Below are positions 18,999-28,249 of a stretch of DNA of 41,473 nt, in pieces. The notes beneath the pieces were generated by a model. It worked only from the letters and a program-made list of their open reading frames with translations, was not told the DNA's origin and ran no database searches. Positions within the stretch are counted from its first letter, which is position 1, and each line of letters opens with the position of its first letter. The stretch is taken from positions 1 through 41,473 of the forward strand of contig UREB01000001.1 in assembly GCA_900546685.1 (NCBI GenBank), written 5' to 3'. The position numbers and the translations under genes are program-made. This DNA is from an uncultured Eubacteriales bacterium (lineage in GTDB: Bacteria > Bacillota > Clostridia > Christensenellales > QAND01).

Positions 18999-19799
18999 TT
19001 ACACATACAGCACAAAGCGATCCTGCTTTTTCTTAAAGCACCACAGCCCCAGCAGCAAAAACCCGAACGCAAACGCCGCAGAGCACAGCCACATCGAAAG
19101 GCTGGGCACGGTATTGTACAGCAGCACATCGCGCAGCATGGTGACAAAATAATACATTGGATTGAATTTCATAATCGCCACAATGATGCCCGGCAGGTTG
19201 GCCAGGTCCAGCGGATAGATGATGGGGGTGGCATACATCCAGGCCGTCAGCACCACGCCGTAGAGGTGCATAATATCGCGGAAAAACACCGTCAGCGAAC
19301 TGAGCAGCAGCCCCATACCGATGGCAAACACCAAGCAGAGCAGCACCACAAACGGAAACAGGAAAAATGTAACCGTCGGCCATACGCCGGAAAACGCCAT
19401 AACGATGAGCACCGCCACCATGGAAAACAATAGGTTTACGCAGGCAAACAGGCATTTTTCCAGCGGAAACATGTATTTGGGGATATACACCTTTTTCAAG
19501 AGCTGTGAATTTTCCAATACGGAGCCCATGGCCCCGTTGGTGGCTTCGCTGAAAAAGGTCCACAATACGTTGCCCACCAAAAAATACAGGTGGTAGTTTT
19601 CGATCTGGAAACGGAACAGGTGCGCAAACACCGTGGCGATGACCACCATGGTCAACAGCGGGTTCAATACGCTCCACACCACGCCCAGCACGCTGCGCCG
19701 GTATTTTACCTTTAGGTCCCGGCTGATAAGGTTGCCCAAAAGGTACCTGTACCGTTTGAATACTTTTATGGTGTCTCTCAAGCGATTACCTCCAGGCAT
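18999..19799 (-). CDS. ABC-2 type permease, polysaccharide/teichoic-acid export (TagG/Wzm/RgpC-like)
   Basis: 266 aa with 6 hydrophobic segments. The N-terminus YLLGNLISRDLKVKYRRSVLGVVWSVLNPLL is the ABC-2 exporter signature. Confidence 0.85.
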   Translation of the reverse strand: MPGGNRLRDTIKVFKRYRYLLGNLISRDLKVKYRRSVLGVVWSVLNPLLTMVVIATVFAHLFRFQIENYHLYFLVGNVLWTFFSEATNGAMGSVLENSQLLKKVYIPKYMFPLEKCLFACVNLLFSMVAVLIVMAFSGVWPTVTFFLFPFVVLLCLVFAIGMGLLLSSLTVFFRDIMHLYGVVLTAWMYATPIIYPLDLANLPGIIVAIMKFNPMYYFVTMLRDVLLYNTVPSLSMWLCSAAFAFGFLLLGLWCFKKKQDRFVLYV

Positions 19800-20334
19800 C
19801 CAGCCCTGGATGCTTTTTGTCCTTTTCGGAAAGGAGCACCTCTACCCCCTCTGGGATCTGCCAGTCGATGTTTAGCTGCGGGTCGTTGTACATGATGCCG
19901 CCTTCGTCGGTGGGGTCGTACAGCGCTGTGCATTTATAGGCAAACACCGCCTCTTGGCTCAACACGGAAAAGCCGTGGGCAAAGCCTTCCGGCACATAAA
20001 ACTGCCGCTTGTTTTCTTCGGTCAAAAGGCAGCTACGCCATTGGCCAAACGTGGGGCTGTTCTTTCGGATATCCACCGCCACATCCAGCACAGCGCCGGA
20101 CAGCGCGCGCACCAATTTCCCCTGCGGATGCTTAATTTGGAAATGCAGGCCGCGCAGCACGCCCTGGCGGCTTTTGCTCTGGTTATCCTGCACAAAGCAG
20201 GTAGGCAGGCCGGCGTCGGCAAATTCGCGTTCGCTGTACGTTTCCATAAAATAGCCGCGGTCGTCGCCAAAAACGGTAGGCTCTACGATGGTCAGCCCTT
20301 CGATGCCGGTTTCGATGAATTTGAATTTTCCCAT
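19786..20334 (-). CDS. rmlC: dTDP-4-dehydrorhamnose 3,5-epimerase (start trimmed to MGKFKFIETG)
   Basis: FGDDRGYFMETY and GVLRGLHFQ motifs. The stop overlaps the permease start by 14 nt. Confidence 0.9.
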   Translation of the reverse strand: MGKFKFIETGIEGLTIVEPTVFGDDRGYFMETYSEREFADAGLPTCFVQDNQSKSRQGVLRGLHFQIKHPQGKLVRALSGAVLDVAVDIRKNSPTFGQWRSCLLTEENKRQFYVPEGFAHGFSVLSQEAVFAYKCTALYDPTDEGGIMYNDPQLNIDWQIPEGVEVLLSEKDKKHPGLDAWR

Positions 20335-20339
20335 ATCGC

Positions 20340-21395
20340 TTACTTCCCTTGATACATCTTTGCGTAGTATTCCTGATACGCGCCGCTGGTGACGCGCTCC
20401 ATCCACTCTTTATGGTTCAAATACCAATCGATGGTGAGCACGATGCCCTTTTCAAACGGCGTTTCGGGATACCAGCCCAAGTCGGTTTTGATCTTCTCCG
20501 GGTCGATGCCATAGCGGCGGTCGTGGCCCTTTCTATCCTCTACATATTGGATGAGCTGTTCGCCCACCTCTTTGTCCACATTGTCGTGGATATATTGCAA
20601 GATGGTTTTAACGATGAAGATGTTGGGGCGCTCGTTGTGCCCGCCGACGTTGTACACCTCGCCGATCTTGCCGGAGGTGATGACCATGTCGATGGCCTTG
20701 CAATGGTCCTCTACATACAGCCAGTCGCGCACGTTCATGCCGTCGCCATACACGGGCAGATCCTTATGCTGCAGGGCGTTGTTGATCATCAGCGGAATGA
20801 GCTTTTCCGGGAACTGGTACGGCCCGTAGTTGTTGGAACAGCGGGTGATATTCACCGGCAGGCCAAAGGTATCGTGGAACGCCTGCACGAAAAAGTCCGC
20901 AGACGCCTTGGCCGCGCTGTACGGGCTGTGCGGATCAAGCGGCGTGGTCTCGGTAAAGTACCCCGTTTCGCCCAGGGAGCCGTATACCTCGTCGGTAGAA
21001 ACCTGGAGATATTTTACACCGGGCTTAAAGCCGTCGCCCTCGGCCCAGTAGGTTTTGGCGATGTTCAACAAATTGACCGTGCCGTTGACATTGGCCTTGA
21101 CAAACGCCTCCGGGTCGGTGATGCTGCGGTCCACATGGCTTTCGGCGGCAAAGTTGACCAAGTAATCCACCGGCTCGCTTTCAAACACCGCTTGGATCGC
21201 TTTGGCGTCGCAGATGTCTGCCTGCACAAAGCGGTAGCGCGGGTCCTGGTCCACACTTTTCAGGTTTTCCAGGTTGCCGGCATAGGTCAGCTTGTCCACA
21301 TTGATGATGCGAATGTCCTTGTGCTTTTTCATCATATACAGGATAAAGTTGGAGCCGATAAACCCTGCTCCTCCTGTGACCAGATAGGTTTTCAT
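20340..21395 (-). CDS. rmlB: dTDP-glucose 4,6-dehydratase
   Basis: MKTYLVTGGAGFIGSNF, STDEVYG and YSAAKASAD (YxxxK). 351 aa. Confidence 0.95.
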   Translation of the reverse strand: MKTYLVTGGAGFIGSNFILYMMKKHKDIRIINVDKLTYAGNLENLKSVDQDPRYRFVQADICDAKAIQAVFESEPVDYLVNFAAESHVDRSITDPEAFVKANVNGTVNLLNIAKTYWAEGDGFKPGVKYLQVSTDEVYGSLGETGYFTETTPLDPHSPYSAAKASADFFVQAFHDTFGLPVNITRCSNNYGPYQFPEKLIPLMINNALQHKDLPVYGDGMNVRDWLYVEDHCKAIDMVITSGKIGEVYNVGGHNERPNIFIVKTILQYIHDNVDKEVGEQLIQYVEDRKGHDRRYGIDPEKIKTDLGWYPETPFEKGIVLTIDWYLNHKEWMERVTSGAYQEYYAKMYQGK

Positions 21396-21407
21396 TGGTA
21401 GTCTCCT

Positions 21408-22304
21408 TTACTCGATGATGCCGCGCTGCTTGGCGTTTTCCATATACATGACAAGCGCATCCTCCCACGGGCGCATCTGGTTGCCCACGGTATTGCGCAG
21501 CATGGCGTTATCCAGCGACGAATAGGCCGGGCGCTTGGCGGGCGTGGGGTATTCCGCGGTGGTACAGGGGCGCACCTCCGCCTCTATCCCGGCCAGCTCG
21601 ATGATCTTTTTGGCAAACTCATACCAGCTGCAGGTGCCCTCGTTGGTGCAGTGGTAGGTGCCGTAATACTCCGTGCGCGCCAGCTTTAAGATGTGGTATG
21701 CCAGGTCGTTGGCGCTGGTAGGGTTGCCGAATTGGTCGTTGACCACCGTGACCTTGCCGTTTTCCCTGGCCAGGCGGCACATGGTTTTGACAAAATTGTT
21801 GCCCACATAGCCATACAGCCATGCCGTGCGCACGATAAAGCTCTTGGCGCAGGCTTGGCGGACGTATTGCTCGCCCAGCTCTTTGCTTTTGCCGTAGGCG
21901 GTCACGGGTGCGGTATGGTCCCACTCCCAGCGCGGGGAAGCTTCATCGCCGGCAAAGACATAGTCCGTCGACGTATGCACGAATTTTGCGCCCAATTCCT
22001 GGCACAGTGCTGCCAGGTTCATCGGCAAAATGGCGTTGGCCTTTAGGGCGGCGTCCAGCTCTGTTTCGCAGGCGTTTACGTTGGTCATGGCCGCGCAGTT
22101 GATGACAAGATCCGGCTTTATCGCCTCCACGCACGCCCGGGCCCCGGCCAGGTCGGAAAAATCCACCGTATCCATGTCCTTATAAAACACCTCTGCATGC
22201 TGGTAGGCCGGGTCGATGGGGCCGATTTCCGCGCGCCCGCTTTCCAGCATGCTTTTCAGTTCATTGCCCAGCTGCCCATGGGCGCCGGTGATGAGGATCT
22301 TCAT
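21408..22304 (-). CDS. rmlD: dTDP-4-dehydrorhamnose reductase
   Basis: MKILITGAHGQLGNEL, STDYVF and YGKSKELGE. 298 aa. Confidence 0.9.
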   Translation of the reverse strand: MKILITGAHGQLGNELKSMLESGRAEIGPIDPAYQHAEVFYKDMDTVDFSDLAGARACVEAIKPDLVINCAAMTNVNACETELDAALKANAILPMNLAALCQELGAKFVHTSTDYVFAGDEASPRWEWDHTAPVTAYGKSKELGEQYVRQACAKSFIVRTAWLYGYVGNNFVKTMCRLARENGKVTVVNDQFGNPTSANDLAYHILKLARTEYYGTYHCTNEGTCSWYEFAKKIIELAGIEAEVRPCTTAEYPTPAKRPAYSSLDNAMLRNTVGNQMRPWEDALVMYMENAKQRGIIE

Positions 22305-22316
22305 GCCGCACTCTCC

Positions 22317-23192
22317 TTATTTTTCCTTGCCCGCTACCTGGAACAGGTATTGGCCATAGTCCGTCGTTTTCAACTTTTCCGCCTGGGAAAGCAGCTGCTC
22401 GCGGCTGATAAACCCGCTGTTGTAGGCAATTTCCTCCAGGCAGGCGATGCATAGGCCCTGGCGCGTCTGCACGGCCTCTACGAAGTTGGCGGCGTCCAGC
22501 ATGGAACGGTGCGTGCCGGTATCCAGCCAGGCCATGCCCCTGCCAAACAGCTCCACCTTCAATTCGCCCAGCTCCAGATAGGCGTTGTTGACGGCGGTGA
22601 TTTCAATTTCCCCCCTGGCAGAGGGCTTTACGTGTTTGGCGATGTCCACCACGCGGTTGTCATAGAAATACAGGCCGGGCACGGCGTAATTGCTCTTGGG
22701 CTCGGCCGGCTTTTCCTCGATGGACAATACGTTGCCGTCCTTATCAAAATCCACCACGCCGAAGGCCTTGGGGTTGGCCACATGGTAGCCAAAGATCGTG
22801 GCGCCCTTTTCGCGCGCCGCCGCGCGCTTTAGCCGCTCGGTAAAGCCGTAGCCGTAGAAGATATTATCGCCCAAGACCAGGCATACGTTGTCATCGCCGA
22901 TGAATGCTTCGCCAACGATGAACGCATCCGCCAGCCCCCGCGGCTTTTCCTGCACGGCGTACTCGATTTTCAGGCCCAGCTGCGAGCCGTCGCCAAAGAG
23001 CTGCTCGAAGCCCACGATATCGCGCGGGGTGGAGATGATCAGTATCTCGCGGATGCCCGCCAGCATCAGGGTGGACATCGGGTAGTAGATCATCGGCTTG
23101 TCGTATACGGTGAGCATCTGCTTGGACACTGCAATGGTAGACGGATACAGCCGCGTACCGGCGCCCCCCGCCAAGATAATGCCTTTCATCAA
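22317..23192 (-). CDS. rmlA: Glucose-1-phosphate thymidylyltransferase
   Basis: [37 protein letters not shown]. 291 aa; the second Met is a possible alternative start. Confidence 0.95.
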   Translation of the reverse strand: MMKGIILAGGAGTRLYPSTIAVSKQMLTVYDKPMIYYPMSTLMLAGIREILIISTPRDIVGFEQLFGDGSQLGLKIEYAVQEKPRGLADAFIVGEAFIGDDNVCLVLGDNIFYGYGFTERLKRAAAREKGATIFGYHVANPKAFGVVDFDKDGNVLSIEEKPAEPKSNYAVPGLYFYDNRVVDIAKHVKPSARGEIEITAVNNAYLELGELKVELFGRGMAWLDTGTHRSMLDAANFVEAVQTRQGLCIACLEEIAYNSGFISREQLLSQAEKLKTTDYGQYLFQVAGKEK

Positions 23193-23260
23193 AACAACAC
23201 TCCTTTTTTCGCTTTCGAGATCTGTTTTCTATCATATCCGGGCTTTGTGCCCGTATCCTT

Positions 23261-24196
23261 TCAGCTATATAAGCACTGGCCGATTTTGCGCACCAGGCCG
23301 CCCTTCCACAGGCGGTATTTTGCCAGCGTATACAGCCGCGCCAGCTTATGCTTATGCGGCATAGCGGCAAACGCGCAGGCCGCCTCATAATACGCCGGCG
23401 GCATCTTTTCGCCATACTGCGCAACAAACGCCCCGGCCTGGGCATAGGTATCCAGCAGCACCTGCCGGCTCTTTTTGGTCTCCGTGGCCCGCTTTGCCAC
23501 ATACTGCGCCGATCCGGCGTTTTTGCTGCCCACCTGGTTATGCCCATGCTGGCGGTAGTCTATCGTGGCTTCCTCCACCAGGCCGATCTTTCCAAAGCAG
23601 GCGGCCACAAGCGCCAGATACCAATCGTGCATGACGGCCTGATCCGGCCAAGGACCCGCAAGATCCATAAGCGCCCGGTTGACCATCACCGTGCAGCCCG
23701 TAACGACGTTTTGGCTCAAAAGCTGGCAAAACGAGGTGCGCATAAGATCCAGCTTTTGGTAGCCTGCCATCGAAGGGGCGATCTCCCGCCCGTCTTGATC
23801 CACCACGCGCAGATCGCTGTGCACCAAAATCGGCGTATCCGTGCCGAACTGCCGCTCCATGGCGCGCATTTTCCGCTGCGTTTTTTGCAGCTTGTCCGGG
23901 TGCCAAACATCGTCCTGATCGCAAAACATGACATACGGCGCTGTGGCCGCGGCCGCCAGCAGGCGAAAATTCGTCATCGCGCCGCCGGTGGCTTTATGGT
24001 CTGCCAAAAGGCGGATGCGCGCATCCCTTTGCGCCCAGGCGCGCAGGATGGCGTTGGTGCCGTCAAACGAGCCGTCGTCGCGCATGAGAAGCTGCCAATC
24101 CGCCTCGCTCTGCGATACAACCGAACGGATCTGCGCATCCAGGTAGCTGCGTCCATTATAACATGCCAAAAGGATCTGTGTCTGCGCCATGCTCAC
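23261..24196 (-). CDS. Family-2 glycosyltransferase (rhamnosyltransferase-like)
   Basis: ILLACYNGRSYLDAQIRSV, MRDDGSFDGT and CDQDDVW (DxDD). GTG at 24194-24196 overlaps the upstream stop (GTGA); alternative ATG at 24188-24190. Confidence 0.8.
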   Translation of the reverse strand: MSMAQTQILLACYNGRSYLDAQIRSVVSQSEADWQLLMRDDGSFDGTNAILRAWAQRDARIRLLADHKATGGAMTNFRLLAAAATAPYVMFCDQDDVWHPDKLQKTQRKMRAMERQFGTDTPILVHSDLRVVDQDGREIAPSMAGYQKLDLMRTSFCQLLSQNVVTGCTVMVNRALMDLAGPWPDQAVMHDWYLALVAACFGKIGLVEEATIDYRQHGHNQVGSKNAGSAQYVAKRATETKKSRQVLLDTYAQAGAFVAQYGEKMPPAYYEAACAFAAMPHKHKLARLYTLAKYRLWKGGLVRKIGQCLYS

Positions 24197-25047
24197 CGCC
24201 CCTTATGCGCTCTGTGCGCCAGCCATTTTTTCAAATCTATCCCCCAAAACACCAGGCGGCGCGTAAACGCGCTGTACGTTTCCTGGTAATTTTTTTGGTA
24301 AAACAGCTTCATGGAATCGTAAAACGCATCCGTGACCCTGCGGTTGTAGGTATGAAGGCCGCTTTGGCCCTTTAGGTGCAGCATCTGGGCCTTGGGCTGA
24401 TATACAATGGCATAACCTGCCTGCCGGATGGCATAGCAAAGATCCAGATCCTCTGCGTACATGAAATAGCGCTCGTCAAACCCGCCAACCTGTTCAAATA
24501 CATGCTTTGGGATCATCATGCACGAGCCGGAGATGGCGTCCACCTCATGGCGCTGCCATTCGTCCAAATATCTAAGGGCGTAGCCGTCGTACTTTTCCGG
24601 GTGCTTTTTCATGCGGCGGCTAAGGCCGGAAAAATAGCAGAACGCGTTCCACGGCGTGGGAAAGCCGCGCTTGCAGCCATGATCCAGCGTGCCGTTTTCC
24701 AGATAAATGCGCGGACCCACAGCGCCGATGCGCCCATCCTCCGCCAGGGTATCCGCCAGCGCCTCGATGGCGCCATCAGCCAAAAAGCCGTCGGAATTGA
24801 CAAACAGCAGCAAGGGCGACAGCGCCTGGCGCGCGCCCAAATTGCAGGCGTGCCCAAAGCCGTGGTTTTCCGTTTCGATGAGGCGGTATAAAAGGCTTTG
24901 CCCCAGCTTTTCCTCCGGGCGGGTGGAATTGTCCACCACGATGACCTCCAGCTGCACGCGCTGCGCTGAGGCCCTGGCCCGCTCCACGGCGCGCAGCACC
25001 ATCTCTTTGGTATTGAAATTGATGAAGATCACTGTTACGTCCGCCAC
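24193..25047 (-). CDS. Family-2 glycosyltransferase (GTG start)
   Basis: TVIFINFNTKEMVLRAVE, VIVVDNSTRPEE and FVNSDGF (DxD-like). AGGAGA RBS upstream of the GTG at 25045-25047. Confidence 0.8.
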   Translation of the reverse strand: MADVTVIFINFNTKEMVLRAVERARASAQRVQLEVIVVDNSTRPEEKLGQSLLYRLIETENHGFGHACNLGARQALSPLLLFVNSDGFLADGAIEALADTLAEDGRIGAVGPRIYLENGTLDHGCKRGFPTPWNAFCYFSGLSRRMKKHPEKYDGYALRYLDEWQRHEVDAISGSCMMIPKHVFEQVGGFDERYFMYAEDLDLCYAIRQAGYAIVYQPKAQMLHLKGQSGLHTYNRRVTDAFYDSMKLFYQKNYQETYSAFTRRLVFWGIDLKKWLAHRAHKGR

Positions 25048-25217
25048 CGCTGTCTCCTGCTTTGCTTGATTTTCCCTTGAATCAGTTTATCATACCCCAA
25101 AACCCCGTTCTTTTCAACGTTTTGCGGGGTTTTTGCCGCATTCAGGCTGCAAAACAGACAGGGCGGCCATGGCCGCCCCTTTGCTGTGTCTATATTCGGC
25201 GGCATAGCGTTGCCGGC

Positions 25218-25523
25218 TTATCCGCCAAAGCTGTCCCAGCGCACGTTGAGATAGGTGGCGCCGGGGGTAGAGATGCTGAATACCGTCCAGTTGGCGGCAA
25301 TGCCCCGGCCGTTCAAGATCTCTGCCAAGGCGTTGGACAGATCGTTATGATCCAGCCCGCCGGAGGCCACCATCACGGCTGCCTGCGCCTGGTTGTGCGT
25401 TTCGCGCTGGTCGATGCAGTAGCGGGCAGCGCTGTCCAGGGTGTCAAACGCGGTGCCGTTATGCCGGTAAAGGTCATAGGCGGCGTTGTCGCTTTCAGCT
25501 ACCTCGGCGCTGCGGCTGTTGGG
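25218..25523 (-). other. 101-codon coding-like, in-frame continuation downstream of the TGA stop of the transglutaminase-like gene
   Basis: Hand translation from the codon after TGA (25524-25526): PNSRSAEVAESDNAAYDLYRHNGTAFDTLDSAARYCIDQRETHNQAQAAVMVASGGLDHNDLSNALAEILNGRGIAANWTVFSISTPGATYLNVRWDSFGG, then TAA at 25218-25220. No stop occurs in between, GC3 is high as in real genes, and there is no start/RBS near its 5' end. Confidence 0.6.
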
Positions 25524-26744
25524 TCATAGGGTGCGCAGCTCGTGGTCTTCGCCAAAATTTAAGTAGGCGTAGGTTTGGCCCTCCGGCAGAAAGCGTTCAA
25601 TGTCGTTGTCATACGTTACATCCACGTAATACCACTGGGCGTCATCCAGCTTTATGGCGTTCCAGCAGTGCGCCTCGCCGCCGACGGTGCCGTATTGAAA
25701 GCGCACCTCAAACCCCGCCAGCTGGCCCAATAGGTAAAATGCATCGCTAAAGCCCTGGCAGTTGGCCTTGCCCTTTAAAAGCGCGGAGGTGGCCGTCCAT
25801 TCCGGCTGAAGCGTGCCGCCGCCCGTCCATAGGCCGGCGTTGGTATTGTCGTATGTTACGTTTTGGCACAGCCAGTTATGCAAAAATGCCTCCAGCTCCA
25901 GCGCATTTTCCGTCTTTGCCTTGGCCTGCTGCACCACGCCCTGGGCCTTTTCATAGGTTCTGCGTTCCTCTTCCGAGAGCGAATCCAATCTGTCCGCCTT
26001 CCAGGCCGCCACAATGCGCACCCCAGGATAGGCTACCGGCCGTATGGTCAGCGTTTTGCCATCCGCCTCCACCTCGCCGAGCTCGGCCTGCGCCAGGTGG
26101 ATCAGGCCGCGGCGGCCGTTTGTTTGCGCCATGCACGTTTCCAAATCGCCGATGGCCACCGTAATGGTTTCCTCGCCGGACAGCGCCTTTTCCACGATGG
26201 TGTCCCTGGCATCCTCCAGGGTGGCAAAATGCAGCACGCCGTAGGTTTCCAGCGCATCGCCCAGCCGGCCAAAATACGCCTCGGCCTCCTCATATGCGCC
26301 CTGGGCAAACAGCTGGTCGCCACGGGCATAGATGCTGCGGTTTTTCTGCTCGGCCGCGTCGCTGTAATCCCCCGCCTTTTCAAACCAGGCGATGGCGTCG
26401 TCATAGGCCCCGTCCTCATAATAGGCCATGGCGTTGTCATAGCTGGCCTGCTTTACGCGCTCCGGCGCATCCCGGTAGCTGCCCAGCGCTTCAAAGCGCT
26501 GCACCGCTTCTTCATACCGGCCCTTGGCCAGCAGATCCTCCGCGTCCTTATAGGCCCGCGCATTGCCCATCAAAAGCCAAACGCCGGCGATGATGACAAG
26601 CGCCGCCACCGTCGCGATGGCGACCCAATATTTTTTGAAAAAGGCTCCTTTTTTCTTTGGCGCCGCGCCGGGCACGGCGTTTTGATCTGTGTTTTGCTGT
26701 TCCATCCTCTTCCCTCTCTTTTCCCGGTGCATACCCGCGGTCAT
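25524..26744 (-). CDS. Membrane-anchored TPR-like + transglutaminase-like (Cys-His-Asp core) protein
   Basis: N-terminal TM segment (YWVAIATVAALVIIAGVWLL). Tandem repeats of the form Y-EA---FE-LG-Y-DA. C-terminal core GKANCQGFSDAF...GEAHCWNAIKL...YYVDVTYDN. The ATGA overlap with the GNAT gene at 26741-26744 supports this start. An alternative start is MEQQ at 26705, preceded by GGGAAGAGG. Confidence 0.8.
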   Translation of the reverse strand: MTAGMHREKRGKRMEQQNTDQNAVPGAAPKKKGAFFKKYWVAIATVAALVIIAGVWLLMGNARAYKDAEDLLAKGRYEEAVQRFEALGSYRDAPERVKQASYDNAMAYYEDGAYDDAIAWFEKAGDYSDAAEQKNRSIYARGDQLFAQGAYEEAEAYFGRLGDALETYGVLHFATLEDARDTIVEKALSGEETITVAIGDLETCMAQTNGRRGLIHLAQAELGEVEADGKTLTIRPVAYPGVRIVAAWKADRLDSLSEEERRTYEKAQGVVQQAKAKTENALELEAFLHNWLCQNVTYDNTNAGLWTGGGTLQPEWTATSALLKGKANCQGFSDAFYLLGQLAGFEVRFQYGTVGGEAHCWNAIKLDDAQWYYVDVTYDNDIERFLPEGQTYAYLNFGEDHELRTL

Positions 26745-27205
26745 GCGCGCGTCTCCGCTTTGTATACGCGCAGCGGCAGGCCGTCGTCATCTTTGCACAT
26801 GGCGCAGTGCTGCCAACCGCACTTTTCATAAAAATCGGTATGCTCCGTGACCAAATACAGCGTCGTTATGCCCATGCGGGCAGCATCCTCCCGGATATAG
26901 CGCAGCAGCGCCCGCGCCAGGCCGCGGCGGCGATAGGCCTGTTCCACAAACAGCGCACAGACGTTGGGGCAAAGATCCGGCCGGTTGTGAAAATCGTTTT
27001 CAATCAGCCCGGCGCCCGCCGCAATGCCGCCTTTGCCATCTGGCACCACATACCACTGCGGCACGCCCGCTGCCCGGCAAGCCCGGATGCTTTCGCGATA
27101 GCTTTGCTGCGGCAAGCCCCATTTTTCGCTGAACCATGCCGCCGCCATTTCCGCCAGCGCCGGGTGCCGGCGCAGCGGCAGAGGGCCGCTTGTTGCCCGT
27201 ACCAT
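26741..27205 (-). CDS. GNAT N-acetyltransferase
   Basis: 154 aa. VEQAYRRRGLARALLRYIREDAARMG is acetyl-CoA-binding motif A (R/Q-x-x-G-x-A). Confidence 0.8.
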   Translation of the reverse strand: MVRATSGPLPLRRHPALAEMAAAWFSEKWGLPQQSYRESIRACRAAGVPQWYVVPDGKGGIAAGAGLIENDFHNRPDLCPNVCALFVEQAYRRRGLARALLRYIREDAARMGITTLYLVTEHTDFYEKCGWQHCAMCKDDDGLPLRVYKAETRA

Positions 27206-27268
27206 GCCATATTCCCACCTTTTGCGTTTTTCCTTTTCAGCATACCAGAAATTCCGGCAGGATGCATC

Positions 27269-27296
27269 AAAAAAAGCCCCTTTCTAGGGGCTTTTT
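27269..27296 (-). terminator. Rho-independent terminator of the sugar operon
   Basis: AGCCCCT-TTCT-AGGGGCT hairpin. The A-run on the + strand gives a T-run on the minus strand, immediately after the stop at 27304. Confidence 0.7.
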
Positions 27297-27303
27297 CTTT
27301 GTG

Positions 27304-28248
27304 TTAGGCCAGCAATTCCTCTTCGCGTTCGCGGAAGTAGCGCGCGGTATCCTCCACCAGCTTTTTCAGCTTGGCAGGGTCGGGGATGCTGTTCTGTGCC
27401 GGGTACGGATCCCCGCCGGGGCCGAGCGGCTCTGGCGTAACAAAGCACCGGTCGTTGTTGTAGCCGATCAAGTACAGCGCGCGGATGACGGTGTCGATAT
27501 CCATAAACCCATCGCCCAGGGCACAGCGGTTGGTATCCGCCAGGTGCAGATTGGTCAGCATTTCGCCGGCGTCCAAAATGGCCTGGCCGATGTGGCTTTC
27601 CTCCACCAGCATATGGTAAAGATCGCCGTTGATATGGCCGATGCCGGGGCGGTCCACCGCTTTGATGTACGCCTTGGCATCCTCAAAGGTATGCACGATG
27701 CTCACCTCTGCGCTGCGGATGGCCTCGATGGCGCAGCGGACGTCATACTTTTCGTACAGGTCCGCCACCTTGCGCAGCGCCTCTACGCTGCGGTAGATTT
27801 CGCTGTCGTCATACTTTTGCGGGCGGCCTACCGCGCCGGGCACAGTCAATAGATAGCTGCCGCCCATCTCGGCGGTAAACGCCACCTCGCGCTTGATATA
27901 GTCGATGGCGGCCTGGCGCTGCATGGGGCGGTTGCTGGCCAAATCGTTGTCCGCGGAAAACATGCCGCACACGCCGCTGCATTTCAGGCCGTAATCCGAA
28001 AGGATCTTTTTGGTCTCGTTTACGTCATAGCCAAGGTCCGGGCCGTAGTGGTTGCCGTGCAGCTCGATGTAGTCGATGCCGGCATCCTTTAGGCGCTTAC
28101 AGGAATCCTGCAGCGGCTCCAGGCCAAAGCCCCAGTTGCTCCAGGAAAGGTTGAGCCGCCTTTGCAGCTTTTCCGGGTGCTCGGCTTTGAGCTTTTCAAA
28201 GGCCTGCCTGATGTTCTCATTTTTTACTTCGTAGTTTTGAAGTTTCAT
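27304..28248 (-). CDS. Xylose-isomerase-like TIM-barrel protein, ketose 3-epimerase-like (start trimmed to MKLQNYEV)
   Basis: The metal-ligand pattern aligns by eye with the D-tagatose/D-psicose 3-epimerase family: CAIEAI (E), INGDLYHM (D..H), FVTPEP (E). GGGAGGA RBS. Confidence 0.7.
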   Translation of the reverse strand: MKLQNYEVKNENIRQAFEKLKAEHPEKLQRRLNLSWSNWGFGLEPLQDSCKRLKDAGIDYIELHGNHYGPDLGYDVNETKKILSDYGLKCSGVCGMFSADNDLASNRPMQRQAAIDYIKREVAFTAEMGGSYLLTVPGAVGRPQKYDDSEIYRSVEALRKVADLYEKYDVRCAIEAIRSAEVSIVHTFEDAKAYIKAVDRPGIGHINGDLYHMLVEESHIGQAILDAGEMLTNLHLADTNRCALGDGFMDIDTVIRALYLIGYNNDRCFVTPEPLGPGGDPYPAQNSIPDPAKLKKLVEDTARYFREREEELLA

Positions 28249-28249
28249 T

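Noticed and set aside
20349-21401. 350-aa plus-strand ORF opposite rmlB
   Set aside because: The minus strand carries unmistakable RmlB motifs (GGAGFIGSNF, YSAAK). The plus ORF is an Arg/Val/His/Leu/Ala/Gly-rich shadow. The same reasoning applies to 23348-24289(+), 25863-26831(+), 28304-29491(+), 29637-30971(+), 1860-2786(+), 33327-34010(-) and 34701-35342(-).
25524-25526. Genome-wide reassignment of TGA (Gly/Trp/Sec) to explain the in-frame stop
   Set aside because: Several conserved genes in this window terminate at TGA at their expected ends (gltX at 40097, the GNAT at 17558, the GT2 at 24193, the membrane protein at 3906). No SECIS-like hairpin was evident immediately downstream. A local nonsense mutation, an error or site-specific read-through is more plausible.
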